Both the position numbers and the translations under genes were made by a program. From contig OZ024741.1 in NCBI GenBank assembly GCA_964016885.1, forward strand, positions 27,776,001 through 27,840,000: a DNA stretch of 64,000 bases, written 5' to 3'. Shown here in pieces: positions 25,861-38,829 of this stretch (position 1 is the first letter of the stretch; each line of letters begins with the position of its first letter). Below the pieces are notes generated by a model. The model searched no databases and was not told the origin of the DNA. It saw only the letters and a program-made list of their open reading frames with translations. Source of the DNA: Eledone cirrhosa (Eukaryota).

Positions 25861-27432
25861 GTGTACAGGCTGAAGCAAACATCTAGAGGATACTAGGATA
25901 AAGATTCCATAACTGCTTGTGGAGTCATAGAGGCACCATCAAACGGCACGTCTGGGGCACTTTTTAAACCTGGCGGCACCCAACTCTGTCCAGGTCCGAA
26001 CATAGACGATTTTTTTCTATAGGAAGAATCGACCCCAGTACTAGACTGGTACCTTTTTTATCAACCTCGAAAGGATGAAAGGCAAAGTTGACCCCAGCGG
26101 GATTTGAATTCAGAGCGCACATGAGGTGGGACGAATACCATAAAGCATTCTATCTGACGACTTAACGACTAGTCTGCACCAAATCTCCTCTCACCTGTTG
26201 ATACACCTGTCACATCTTAACACTCCCCACTCTTCATCATCTAAGTACCCCACATTATATCTACCTCTCCAATCCCTGTTCTGCATACACACAGCACACA
26301 TGATACACCTCTCCTGTCCAACCCATGCATACAAGCATGGAAAGCTAGACACACTCTCCAACATTGCTGTTATGATGGCAAAAACCACAGTCTACTCACT
26401 AAGGTGACACAACAAAGAGCACCCAGTCTACCCTGTAGGGTGGTTGTGTTGGTAACAAGACAAAAAGCACCCAGTCCATTGTGTAAAGTGGTTGTGCTTG
26501 TGACAGGATGAAAAAGTACCCAGTCCAACCTGTTAGCTGGTTGTTTTGGTGCCATGATAAAAAGCACCAAGTCCACATTGTAATGTGGGCTGCATTAGGA
26601 AAGGCATTCAGCTATAGAAACACAGCCAGAAACAGTTCTGTATGAGTAAGACACAGACACCTAATCTGACTTGTCTCACAACAGGACAACCTGTCTAACC
26701 CATGCTAATGTGGAAAATGGATGTAAAATAATGATATATCAACATCATCATCATCGTTTTTATATCCATTTTCCACGCTTGCATGGGTTGGACAGGTCTT
26801 TTTCAGCACAGCATTTCTCCACTCACCACGTTCCTTGTCATCTCTTCTGTGAGTTTCAGCGACTTGAGGTCAGCTCTTACCACCTCTGCCCAGGTCTTTC
26901 TTGGTCTACCTCTACTGCAGCTTCCATCCACCGGCACCTCTTCACCCAGCAATCATCATCCATTGCATCACATGTCCATACCAACACAGTCTTCACACCA
27001 CCTCAGATTCCTCGTAAACCCAATTTTACCCTCAGTTCATCCAAGCTCTGCCTTTCTCTCAATTACATTGCACATCCAAAGAAGCATGGTTGCTTCATTT
27101 CTCTCCATTTTATGCATGTCTTCTGCAGTCATTACCCATATTTCACTACTGTGCAGCATTGTACTTCACACACAGGCGTCACACAGTTGGCCTTTTGTAT
27201 GTAGGGAGAAATCTTTCATTCTGTAAGTCTTTTACTGGTTTCAGGCATTGAACTGCAGCCATACATACACGATTACACACACATACACACACACACATGT
27301 TTTGTTATTCTTTCAGACAACACACTCACATACACACACACATGTATATAAATATATAAACCAATGTTTAGAACTGAGCAGTTTGGGAGAATTGCTATTG
27401 ATTATTGGTAATCTGACTGTAAGAATACTTAC

Positions 27433-27533
27433 CAGGATCTGTTGCCGATATAACAGCACCAAAAAAGAAGCAGTCGGTCAATTGAATTAGATGTGATATG
27501 TTCATTATTCTGGTCAAGCCATACATTATACCA
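27433..27533 (-). CDS. NHE6/7/9-like exon 5
   Basis: TGCAG|(G)GIMYGLTRIMNISHLIQLTDCFFFGAVISATDP|GTAAGT. 101 bp, phase 2 to 1. 'SATDP' motif. Confidence 0.97.
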
Positions 27534-28658
27534 CTGCAAATGTAACGATTTCTTATATTATTATTATTATTACAATGTACAAAGCCAAATTTTCAACTTG
27601 GAAGCACTGAGAACATATATATATATCTATATATATAAAACAGAGGATGTGTGTTTGTCTGTGTGTGTGTGGATGCTACATTATTCGAGGTAGGCGTCTA
27701 CACCGCTCGCCCGATCTCACTCAAATTTGCATACATCACTCCTCATGACCCTTTACATTGCTTAGGCTACTTTGTTTTTTGATAGGTCCCCCCCCAGGGG
27801 CCCGCAATCCACCTTTTTGTCTATTTTGGGTGAAATCGGGAGATGAGGTTGCATTTTATGCATGCGTGAAAAATTTTTCCTTTCGAGTTTTTTGACCCGG
27901 TTTTTTGCTAATATGGGTAGAAAAGAGTCTAAATTTTGTTGATGTGCTCGAATCATTTCGAAATTCGGTCGAGAGTGAAGCTCGAGGTCGAATCTCCACT
28001 TCGTATATAGAGAGACAGGAATAACAGGTCTTATAGTAACATTACCTTCCCCTTCCCCCTTCTTTAGTGAGAGAGAGAGGAAGATAGAGAGAGAAGTTTT
28101 GGGTGTCACAGAAATATTACATTCCCCTCTCCACTTTGGTCTTTGAGACCGAGGGAACCACTGTTGCTATAGTTACAGCTTCACGTGACACAAACCAGTT
28201 CCTGCCAGTTCTGACCACCTGGCACCAGTTGAGTCAGTTTTTGCTTTCTTTCGGTCGAGAAGTGGACAAATTTTCGCCTTGAATCAAAAAAAAAAAATTC
28301 CTGGACGGCTGGAGGTGGCAGCTTTTATTCTGTTTTGGCAAGAGTGCTATCAAAAAATTCTGCAGACTCTTATTGTTGATTTGAGTGGCCTGCAAAGCTT
28401 TGGTTTTCAAATGCTACACTTGCTACTTGGTTAGGCTACTGTGTAGACGTGTGCTTCACTCTCACTGCATTACATTTTGTGACCTCGCTTTCAGACTTTG
28501 CCATTCCCAGTACGTTTTTTGTTTACTTTTTTCTTGCTTAAAATTGTAACAATTTGTCACTTTTTTTTACCTTCCCCAAAATACTGCTTATCACCTTCGC
28601 TTTTTTGCCTTTGCTCTAAACCTGCTTCCCCTTTACTGTTTACTGTACTATTGCAACC

Positions 28659-31600
28659 ATGCCACTGAAAAGAAAGAGTACCCTTAGCCGTAGGAAAACA
28701 TCGTCTGTTGTTTCAAAAAAGAGGCGATTGAATGAGCAGTCTATGGATGCCGGACTGCATTTTTGGCCACAAACCCCTGTTACTTCGCTTTCAAACTTAA
28801 GTACCCCTAGCACAGCCCAACGCCTCTCTATCTACGGTTACTGCTTCGAATCGTGCTATTCGTAATTGTCGGAATGCAATTGCAACAGCCGCCTCTAGGG
28901 CAGCAGAGAGTGACAGCCAAAGAGCTCTTCGTAGGGCTAGGAATGCTGCAACTACTGCTGCTGCAAGGGCCTCCGAAACTAAACAGCAAACAGCCACCAG
29001 ACAGTCAAAGAACGCTGCTTCAACCGCCGCCTCCTGTGCCGCAGAAACCGACCAGGAGACAGCCATCCGAAGGTCCAAGGACTCTGCCTCCAAGGCAGCT
29101 GCCAGAGCATCCCAGACCGAGATACAGACAGCCATCCGAAGGTCCAAGGACTCTGCCTCCACCGCAGCTGCCAGAGCATCCCAGACCGAGATACAGACAG
29201 CCATCCGAAGGTCCCATAACGCTGTATCCACCGCCACCTCCCGTGCCGCAGAACATCAAACAGCCCGCCGTGCTCGGTTGGACACAAACAACGCACGAAG
29301 AACAACGAGTCCACATGAGTCATTTTGGCTTATGAAGGCTTTCAACTACGATCCAACAGTAAAATACTCCGACCGTACGGACATTCAACTAGGCAGGATG
29401 GATGTCATATGCCAATTCTGTGGTGCAGAGAAGTGGCCCGGAGAACCACCTGGCCTGTACTGCTCTAATGGAAAGGTTTCACTTCCTCCTTTGGCGGCCC
29501 CTCCAGAACCTTTGCGAGAACTTCTTAGCGGAGAGACCTCTACGTCAACAGACTTCCTTGGCAACATAAGGAAATACAACTGCGCCTTCCAGATGACTTC
29601 GTTCGGGGCCAAAATTGTCCGAGAAAGCGGGTGGATGCCAACCTTTATCGTTCAGGGCCAGGTTTACCACTATGTCGGTCCTCTACAGCCTGCGCAACCC
29701 GCCTTCCTGCAAATTTACTTCATAGCCGACTACAACAAGCAGGCTGACATGCGCTCATCTGTCATCCCAGCTGATGGCACTAGAGAGAACCTGGACAGAG
29801 ACGTCCTCCTTGCGCTGCAGCAAATGCTACACTCCGAAAACAGCTACGTGCAGAGCTTCAAGTACGCCTTTGAGACTACTGACCTGCCTAACTTCAACAT
29901 TGTCATCGATGCCGACAAAAGACCATCCGGAGAACATGCCCGTCGATTCAATGCGCCCGCGTGCAACGAGGTGGCAGTTGTCCTTCACGGAGACCAGCAC
30001 AACCCCCGGGATATCGTCATATCCAACCGTGCAACTGGCCTCCACAGAATACGCGAAACACACCGATCCTACGACAGCCTCCAATACCCACTACTTTTCC
30101 CCTGCGGCGAGGACGGCTACCACTTCAAGACTCAACACTGCCAGCCAAACCAGTCCTCCGTTGCTGCCGCCAAAACCGTGTCCTGCAAGGAATTTTACAC
30201 ATACCGACTCATGCCTCGGAGAAACTGTTTCAACAGTTTGCACAGATCGCAGGACCTACTGAACCAATTTGCGGTGGATATGGCAGCAAAGATGGAGTCA
30301 GAACGACTGGCCTTCATTCGAACCCACCAGCAGCAACTGTGTAGCGAAAGCTACATACACCTGCGAGACGGCTTGACCAGCGACGGGGATCCCCGAAACA
30401 TTGGCAAGGTCTGCATCCTGCCTTCTACCTTCACTGGAGGACCTCGGTACATGCACGAGAGGACTCAGGACGCCATGACCTACGTGCGGGCCTACGGCCG
30501 TCCTGACCTCTTCATCACCTTCACGTGCAACCCGAAGGCGGATGAGATCACCCGAGAACTTCTTCCAGGGCAGTCATACCACCACCGCCTTGACCTCATA
30601 GCGAGGGCTTTCGAGAGGAACATACAGAAAATGAAGGCATGTTGTGCAAAAGCCAACATCTTCGGCCCTGCTAGATGCCATACGTACACCGTAGAATGGC
30701 AGAAACGGGGCCTGCCTCACATTCATCTGTTACTGTGGCTGCAGAACAAGATCAACTCCAATGACATCGACAAATTTATCTGCGCAGAGATCCCCCAACC
30801 CTGCCACCGACAAAGAACTCTTCGACGTCATCACGATTCCATGATACACGGACCCTGTTATCCGGGTTCTAACCATTCGTGTCAGAAAGACGGGATCTGT
30901 AGTAAGAGGTACCTTAGGAAATTTGTTTCAGAGACCCAGACAGGGCACGACGGCTATCCCCTGTACAGGCGCCGGTCGCCTGAAAACGGTGGTTTTACTG
31001 CCATTGTAAGGGGCAAGCAAGTCGACAATCGATGGGTGGTCCCCTATTGTCCACTTCTCACTTCGACGTTCCAAGCCCACATTAATATGAAATTCTGTAG
31101 CTCAGTTAAATCGATTAAATATGTTTGCATGTACGTCAACAAGGGCTGCGATTCTGCCGCATTCGCCCTCCAGTCCGACCGAGACGAGGTCAGTGAGTAC
31201 CTATCGACCCGGTACATAAGTACAAACGAAGCGTTTTGGCGAATTTTTGGTTTTTCTATCCATGAAAGGTACCCCAAAATCACAAACCTGGCGGTCCACT
31301 TAGAGAACGGACAGCGGGTTTACTTTACGGCCGCAAATGCTGCTCAAGTTGCGGCTAACCTCAAAGAAACCACGTTAACCGCTTTCTTTAAGCTCTGTCA
31401 CGTAGACGCTTTTGCGAGAACTCTAATTTACCTTCAGGTGCCGTCCTACTTCACTTGGCATCGCAATAGCTGGGTACAGCGAAAAACTGGTAAGGCAGTT
31501 GAATCGCATCCGGGAGTTAAATTTTCTGACTGCCTCGGTAGAGTCTACACGGTTCCCCCAACCCAACCTGAGTGCTTTCACCTGCGCATTCTTCTGCACG

Positions 31601-32070
31601 AGGTCAAGGGGCCGCAAGGTTTCTTTGACTTAAAAACAGTAAACGGGGAACTTTGCAACACTTTTCGAGAAGCCTGCTTTAGGCTTGGTCTCTTGGAAGA
31701 TGACTCCCAATGGGACTCGACCCTCGCCGATGGTGCTCTGCTGAAATCCCCACAGAAATTAAGGGAACTGTTTGCCTTTTTGCTGCACAATTGTGGCTTA
31801 GCTAACCCTTCAGCCCTTTGGCTGAAGTACAGGGACGATTTGTGCGAGGACTTCCTCCGCACAGCCAAACGGCAAAATCCGTCTTTAGAAGTGGGGTTCA
31901 CCGAAATCATTTACAACCAAGGGCTAATTTCCATCCAAGAAGAGCTCCTTCAACTAGGGGGGAATGACTTGCCAACATACGGCTTGCCAGCCGCCAGCAG
32001 GGAAAATGTTAGTGTGCTGGGTCCAGATATTCTGTTGGAGACATCTTACGATGACAACTTTCCTAGATGA
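28659..32070 (+). pseudogene. Helitron RepHel: N-terminus, Zn-finger-like region and HUH Rep domain
   Basis: MPLKRK... start, frameshift near 28810-28860 into the long frame. Contains CQFCGAEKW, FQMTSFG, YDSLQYPLLFP, LPSTFTGGPRYM, PDLFITFTCNP (motif 1), VEWQKRGLPHIHLL (HUH) and KYVCMYVNKG (Tyr motif). Confidence 0.95.
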
Positions 32071-33447
32071 AAATGAACGTAAGCTTCTTCCCGAGCAAAG
32101 GGTTGCTTATGAGACTGTCGTTGACAGTGCACTGGGTGGATTAGGTTGTGTCTTCTTTCTTGATGCCTCTGGCGGTACAGGCAAAACCTTTGTTACCTCC
32201 CTCATTTTGGCGCGTCTTTGACAACAAAAAAAGATTGCCCTTGCGGTCGCCTCATCGGGGGTCGCCGCTACCTTGCTGCCTGGAGGGAAGATGGCTCATG
32301 CTGCCTTTAAGCTTCCGTTGGACCTCGCACGAACTGATACGCCGACGCAACATTAGCAAGCACTCCGACAAAGCGGCACTTCTCGCAAAATGTTGCCTCA
32401 TTGTGTGGGACGAATGCACCATGGCACATAAGGGTGCTCTGGAGGCATTAGATAGGAGTTTAAAAGATATCAGGAACTCCTCGGCACCCTTGGGTGGCGT
32501 GACTTTACTGCTTTCGGGTGACTTCAGGCAAACGCTGCCTGTTATCTCCAAAGGGACAAGGGCTGATGAAGTCCGCGCATTCCTGAAGTCGTCGACGCTT
32601 TGGCCTATCGTTTGGACACTCCGCCTGAGCGTTAACATGCGGGCACAGTTGCTCGGGAACAGCACGTCTGCTGAATTCGGCCAGGCCATCCTAGCTATAG
32701 GGGAAGGCCGACTTCCTTCCAACGAAAAGGGTGAGGTGTCGCTGGCATCTGTCAGTAATACAGTTGACAGTCCTCAGGCCCTTTTAGAAGCTGTTTTTCC
32801 AAACCTACAGGTTAACTACACTAACTTAGACTGGCTTAGTTCAAGAGCCATCCTAACCCCCAAAAACTCTGCTGTTAATGCTCTCAACGAAGAGCTACTC
32901 GGCAAGATTCCAGCCCAAGAGAAATTTTTTAAGTCTATAGACCGCATCACCGATCCACAGGAGGCGACGGATTACCCAGTAGAGTTTTTGAATAGCCTTG
33001 ACCCCCCAGGTCTCTCACCCCACATCCTGAAGCTCAAGGTCGGCAGTCCGATTATGCTTATGCGTAACATACGCCCCCCCAAAACAGTGCAACGGCACTC
33101 AAATGGTAGTCAAATCAATGATGAACCATCTCATTGAAGCAACCATTTTAACTGGTTGTGGTAAAGGTGAGACCGTCATGATCCCAAGGCTAAGCATCCA
33201 ACCTTCGACCACGGACATCCCGATAGGTTTTAGGCGACATCAGTTTCCCGTAAGGCCCTGCTTCGTGATCACCATAAACAAATCTCAGGGTCAAACTTTG
33301 TCCGTGGCGGGCATTCATCTAAAAGAGCCCTGCTTTGCTCATGGCCAACTTTATGTTGCCTGCTCGCGAGTTGGGAGTAAGGACTCCCTTTTTTCATACA
33401 CACCCAACGGTATGACCCGCAACATAGTCTACAAAGAGGTCCTGTAA
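32056..33447 (+). pseudogene. Helitron RepHel: PIF1-like SF1B helicase domain (frameshifted, one in-frame stop)
   Basis: LDASGGTGKTF (Walker A), AVASSGVAATLL, VWDECTM (Walker B), GDFRQTLPV, ITINKSQGQTL, HGQLYVACSRV and NIVYKEVL*, spread over several frames. In-frame TGA at 32219-32221. Confidence 0.95.
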
Positions 33448-34019
33448 CGTGCATTACCACTGAGATGATTTAACACAAAGAGAGTTTATATATATACAAA
33501 CACATACACACACTCACATACAGATATATATATATCATTATCTATAAAAGCGAGTGTGTGTGCATGTTCCTTTTCTATACGATTAAAAAAAAACACCTCC
33601 TTCAATAGAAAATTACTTATCAATATTCGAAAAAGCTTCAATTAGGTCATGCAGAATTTATATATTTAAAATTGATCCCCAATTACGCAAAAAAAAATCG
33701 ATAAAACTCAATAATTCACGATATACCTCTCTCATAAATCTGATATCGAAACTGAAGATTACGACCCTAAATGGTGGACAGTTCGAAATACTGCTGCTGC
33801 TGTGCTTCTGGCTGTTGCTCATCTCATTCTATCAGGCTCTTCCAACAACTTTACAGTACTTTATCATCCGTTAAAAAAAAACTGTTTTTTGGCTGTTTTT
33901 TGTTTTCGACAGAAAATTTATTACGATTTCTGTTTGCTATTCTTAATATATATATTTTTTTTGTGTTCCCTTTTTGTGATTTTTGTTGGTTTCTTGGTTG
34001 AGAAAATCATTTCATCATT

Positions 34020-34355
34020 TTCATCATTTCATTTTACATCGGCTTTTTCCCTGCTTGCAAGGGTGGGACGGGAACTGATTCTGGCTTGATTTCTACAGCT
34101 GGATGCCCTTCCTAACACCAACCTCATTTACAGTGAGTGCTGGGTGCTTTTTTGCCGTGGCACCTCCACGACCACTTTGCAGTGGAATGATAGGGACCCC
34201 AGTCCCTAACATCTCATTTCTACAGCTGAGTAAACTGGAGCAATGTGAAATAAAGTGTCTTGCTCAAGGAAACAACACATCACCCGGTCTGAGAATTGAA
34301 CTCACAACCTTTCGATTGCAAGGCCAATGCTCTAACCACTAAGCCATATGCCTCC
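34020..34355 (-). mobile_element. tRNA-derived SINE, family A, inserted in the Helitron 3' region
   Basis: Same sequence as 21365-21702. Degenerate direct repeat GGTTGA..GA..TCATTTC on both sides could be a TSD. Confidence 0.85.
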
Positions 34356-34518
34356 ATCACCGGGTTGAAGAGATTTTCATTTCTAAATTCTATTATCATT
34401 ACAACTTTGACATATTTTATGTAAAGTGAATATGAGAAAAAAAAATTCTTCATATTTATTGTTTCCTAATCTGAATAAAAACAGCAGTAACCCGGGCAAC
34501 GCCGGGTCAATCAGCTAG

Positions 34519-35130
34519 TATATATATAAAATGTCTGTGTGTGTCTCTGAGAGTTTGAATCCCTAAAACTCAAGAAGAACCCAACCGATTTTTTTCAAAC
34601 TTTACACGTGTATTACTTATGTTTCAGGGAGTGTTATGCACATAAAATTCAACTTTTAACAGCATTAGGTGAAAAACTGCGTTTTTTTTTTAGCTTTTTA
34701 GGGGTTTTTTGAGGCGTTACGTCAGACTGATTTCCTTAAAATTGTAACTATGAATTAGTCAGTCTCTTCATACCGTGAGCAAAGAAAATCCAAATTTTTT
34801 ATGGCCTAGGGCCCGCATTAGCTGAAAAACTTCATTTTTTTAGCTTTTTAGGGCTTTTTGGAGGTGTTATGTTTAGCCGATTTTCCCGAAATTTCAAGGC
34901 ATATTATGCACATAAAAAAAATTCATTTTCTTGATCCCCTAGAGCCCACATTAGGTGAAAACCTGCATTTTTCCTGCTTCATCGAGGAAAATCTTAAAGA
35001 TTATCCAGCCATCAGAGTATTCGGTTTATTTTCTTTACATATTGTCCAGGCGTGCAGTTTTTCCACGATTAGGTCTGTTGGCGGCCCGCGTTCCAAAATA
35101 CCTTATCCCGTGCAACACCGGGTACCACTG

Positions 35131-35134
<4 letters not shown>
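34519..35134 (+). mobile_element. Non-autonomous Helitron directly abutting the 3' end of the large Helitron
   Basis: Begins TATATATATAAAATGTCTGTGTG (like the Helitron 5' end but lacking TC). Ends with an imperfect hairpin CCCGTGCAACACCGGG then CTAA|T. Confidence 0.7.
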
Positions 35135-35170
<36 letters not shown>

Positions 35171-35197
35171 AAAAGTAAACAGAAATAACAACACAAT

Positions 35198-35244
<47 letters not shown>

Positions 35245-35427
35245 TCAAACATTAAGTATAAAATATCCGATTTCAAATTGAAAGCGCATAAGAAAATCGG
35301 GCATTTCATACTTAAGGACCCAATATAAGCATAAGGAAAGTGCTCAAGCACAGAAATGCTATAAAGATAGCTTATAAAATAGGGTACGGACTCTTAAAAG
35401 ACGGAAAAAGAAGTTGCTATCGCTACT

Positions 35428-35488
35428 ATGTGGAATTGAACCCCATATCTTCCAGATACTGGCTAGGCGCTTTAACCATTAAGCTAAG
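35428..35488 (-). other. tRNA-like (Pol III A/B box) remnant, probably a SINE head
   Basis: TAGCTTAATGGTTAAAGCG...GGTTCAATTCC on the minus strand; no convincing acceptor stem. Confidence 0.45.
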
Positions 35489-36829
35489 GAACCATGACAA
35501 TACATTTCCTGTCATTTTAACTAGACAACTGGACAACAGCTTTCAGATGTCAGCAGACAGACTGACAGACATTAGATATGATGGGAATTACAATTCAAAA
35601 CATGATAAATAGAAGTTTTGAAAAATGAAATCAATTATGGAAAATAAAAAGAAAAAATAACAAAAAAACATAATATAATTTATTGTCTTTCTCCGATAAT
35701 AAATCTACTTCTCCTGTGAAGTGTGTGTGTGTGTGGTTGAAAAAAAACCCAACTAATTCATAGCAATCTCCAATCATGGCTGGTGTCCTTGGCCCTGGGA
35801 CCACTTCCCTACTCACCACCATCAACACAGAGTTGGCTATCCGCAGGTGTCAGCCTCGCAAGCTGGAATTGCTCTTCCAGTGCATCTCCCTGACCATCCT
35901 CTGGGGAAATGCCTTCTCTATTCTGTCTGCCACGGCCCTGGGGCGGCCAGCACGTGGGCCCCCATTTGCTCATAATAGTTGTTTCTCCTTTTGGCACAAG
36001 GCCAGCAATTACCCAGTGCATTACTGGTACTTTATTTTATCGACCCCGTAAGGATGAAAGGCAATGTTAACCTCAGCGGGATTTGCTCATAATAATGAGA
36101 GATGGGGAGAGTGGGAGAGATGGAAGTAGTGACAGTGAGAGTTTGGTTCCATTGTGTTCGGAGTTGGTGTATATGTATATATTTATTTACTATACCACAC
36201 TAACAGTATATTTGAAAGCACCTGTTATTGTTAGAAACACAGCATTAAAAAAAAGGTCTAATAACTGTAGTAAAAGAATATAAAACTATTTCAGAGAAAA
36301 ATGAAGATATTTGAAGTTTAAAATTGTTTAGCATTCTTGTGTACATTGGATATCTGAGTAACCCAAATGTTATATGAAGCAAAACTTACTGCAGCAACAT
36401 TTAATAATGCTACAAAACAATTGTTTTACTATCCCCTTTTTCTCTCTTTTTTGACAACACTGACCATCATTAGGTCATGAAAGGGTTAAAGTGTTTATAT
36501 TTATCTAGCCTAGTGGTTAGGGTGTTGGACACACAATCATAAGGTTGTGGGGTCAATTCCTCGACTGGGCCACATGTTGCTTTTTTAACAAAATTTCACT
36601 CAATGTTGCTCTTTCTGCCAGGAGTTGCAACTGGCAGATAATATCAGCAATAGAAAAACCAATGGAGACATTGTTTACTTAGACTGATCGGACAATTGGC
36701 TCCTTGACTTTCATTTTTTGGTATCAAAAGTGTTAAGTATTAATCAAAAATTGCTGATATAAATAGATTCAAGAAAAGTGTGGGAGAAAAATCCAGAAAA
36801 ACTGGAGTCTTCAAAACTGAGAATCTTAC

Positions 36830-36906
36830 CCAAATACCATACTGGATATTGTGGTACCAATTAAAGCATAAGTCATAACTGCACCAAGGTTCCGAAAAAA
36901 ATGTTT
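36830..36906 (-). CDS. NHE6/7/9-like exon 4
   Basis: TTTAG|KHFFRNLGAVMTYALIGTTISSMVF(G)|GTAAGA. 77 bp, phase 0 to 2. 'FF.NLG' motif. Confidence 0.97.
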
Positions 36907-37588
36907 CTAAAGAATTAGAATGGAAAAAAGAAGGAATGTTAATACGGTTTAATAACAAATATATTGAATTCCAAAAATCTTAATATACTTATATCATTTA
37001 CAAGAGCTGTTGATCATGTAATGTTGACAATTTGTTTTTATGATAGTGGGGTGAGGTGAGGTGGGATGGGATGTGGAGGTTCCCTTTTCCTTCCAATCAT
37101 TCTCCACAATCAACAAGCTCTTAATAACATTTCCAGGCCTCTGTTGAGGTTAAGTACACTGGTGTCATTCCAAACACACTTTTCCCTAACAATATAATTT
37201 ACAATGCAATAGCAAAGCAGCAGAGTTGTTAGAGTGTCAGATAGAATGCTTTGTAGTATTCCTTACAGTTCTCTGTGCTCAAATTCTACTGAGGTCAACA
37301 TTGTTTTTACACCCTTTAAAGGCTAATAAATAAAGTACCAGTCTAGTACTGTGGTTGATTCTTCTTTTATAACTCTCATTTCATTTCATTTCATTTCATT
37401 TCATTTCATTTCATCTCTCTCTCTCTCTCTCTCTCTCTCCTTGGAGAAGGATGAGCTCTGCCAGATTTAAAATGCCCAAGACAACAGTACCCCCACCCCC
37501 ATGACTATATCAGTAGTTAAGGGTCCATCCATACATAATTTCCAATACAAATCATAAGTTAATGAAAAAAAACATTCAAGGTACTTAC

Positions 37589-37666
37589 TCGTTTCATACT
37601 GTATCCAGCATTGAAAATAATAACAGGTAGAAGAACATTGAAGAATAACTCTGGATCAAATGTAAC
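37589..37666 (-). CDS. NHE6/7/9-like exon 3
   Basis: TAG|[26 protein letters not shown]|GTAAGT. 78 bp, phase 0 to 0. Hallmark CPA1 'FF..LLP.IIF.AGY' motif. Confidence 0.97.
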
Positions 37667-38778
37667 CTACATAAAATATAGTTGTTACCATTATATTAAC
37701 CCTTTCATCGCCATATTTCTAATAACATACACTTTATTTCAATTAATTAATGAAGAATTTGAGGGGAATTTACAAATATTATTAATTATTTCATTACTAA
37801 GATAACTTAACATATAGTTCTTATATAAAATTATATTTGAAGATTTTGAGTAAATGGGAACCTTTTAAATGGGGTAGATTTGTTTCATAGAATTTGACCT
37901 CATTTTGCTCAGGCTAGTATAAAAAAAGTTAAATCAATATTCATTTTCACACAAAACACTTCATAACTGAAAGAAAAAAACCATCCTAACCATTCAATAA
38001 TGAAAATTAATGTAAGATAGTTTAGCAAAAGCTAAAGATGAAAAAAAAAATACCCAGACTATCACAGAGTTAAGTCCTAGCTCCTAGTAGCATTCATTTT
38101 CTTAATACTCTGTACCATATGAAACCACATTAGCAAGACACTTTTGAAAAGTAAAAAACAGTACTATGACTACATCACTATTCTTCTCTGTGTTCTCTGA
38201 GTTCAAATCCCACCAAGGTCAACTTTACCTTTCATGCTTCCAGGATAAATAGATAAATAAACAAACAGTCCAGAACTGGTGGATTGGTGAAATTGTTAGA
38301 GTTAGACAGGATGATTTGTAGGATCTCTTCTGGTTGTGTGTGTTACCAATTCAAATCCCACCTGTTGTTACCAGAAAATCTGTGACACTTCTGCCAGGAG
38401 TTACCAACATCAATGGAAGAAAAAATGTACCAAAAAAACAAACTAAAGAGTATACACAAACATACACAGCCATATCTAAACACACTTCATGTCTCACCAC
38501 ACACATACACGCTTCCATCCATACAAACACATATATATATGTTTTCATACATACACACATACATATATGCCTATATTCATTCATACATACATGCTTACAT
38601 TCATACATACACACATACATATATATGCTTACATTCATACATTACATACACACACAAATACATATATATAAATATAAGTTTATCTCGGGTTCAATCGGAG
38701 GTAACCACAGTAAGTAAGGTACTCAATACAAAGCAGAGTATAAATATTTAATGTAGAAATAGACTAGAACTGTTTCAG

Positions 38779-38829
38779 GGCTTCCTGATGATTTCTCCAG
38801 AAAGAAACAGTTCTAGTCCTGTAGAAGCC
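38779..38829 (+). ncRNA. Type I hammerhead ribozyme fold
   Basis: GGCTTC-CTGATGA-TTTC(TCCA)GAAA-GAAA-CAG(TTCTAGTC)CTG-TA-GAAGCC. All three stems pair; GUA triplet. Confidence 0.75.

Larger units (their letters stand above)
27626..34518 (+). mobile_element. Full-length Helitron (rolling-circle transposon), autonomous type but disrupted
   Basis: A|TCTATATATATAAAA 5' end. 3' hairpin ACCCGG-GCAACG-CCGGGT (34490-34507) then CTAG|T. Internal Rep-helicase coding region, visibly more GC/CpG-rich than the host DNA. Confidence 0.95.

Noticed and set aside
28797-32722. Antisense and alternate-frame ORFs within the Helitron
   Set aside because: Shadow ORFs of GC-rich coding DNA with no recognisable motifs.
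33752-33800. CTGAAGA...GAAA inside the Helitron (similar loose motifs near 39550, 45470 and 49970)
   Set aside because: No convincing stem I/II pairing, or core nucleotides are missing.
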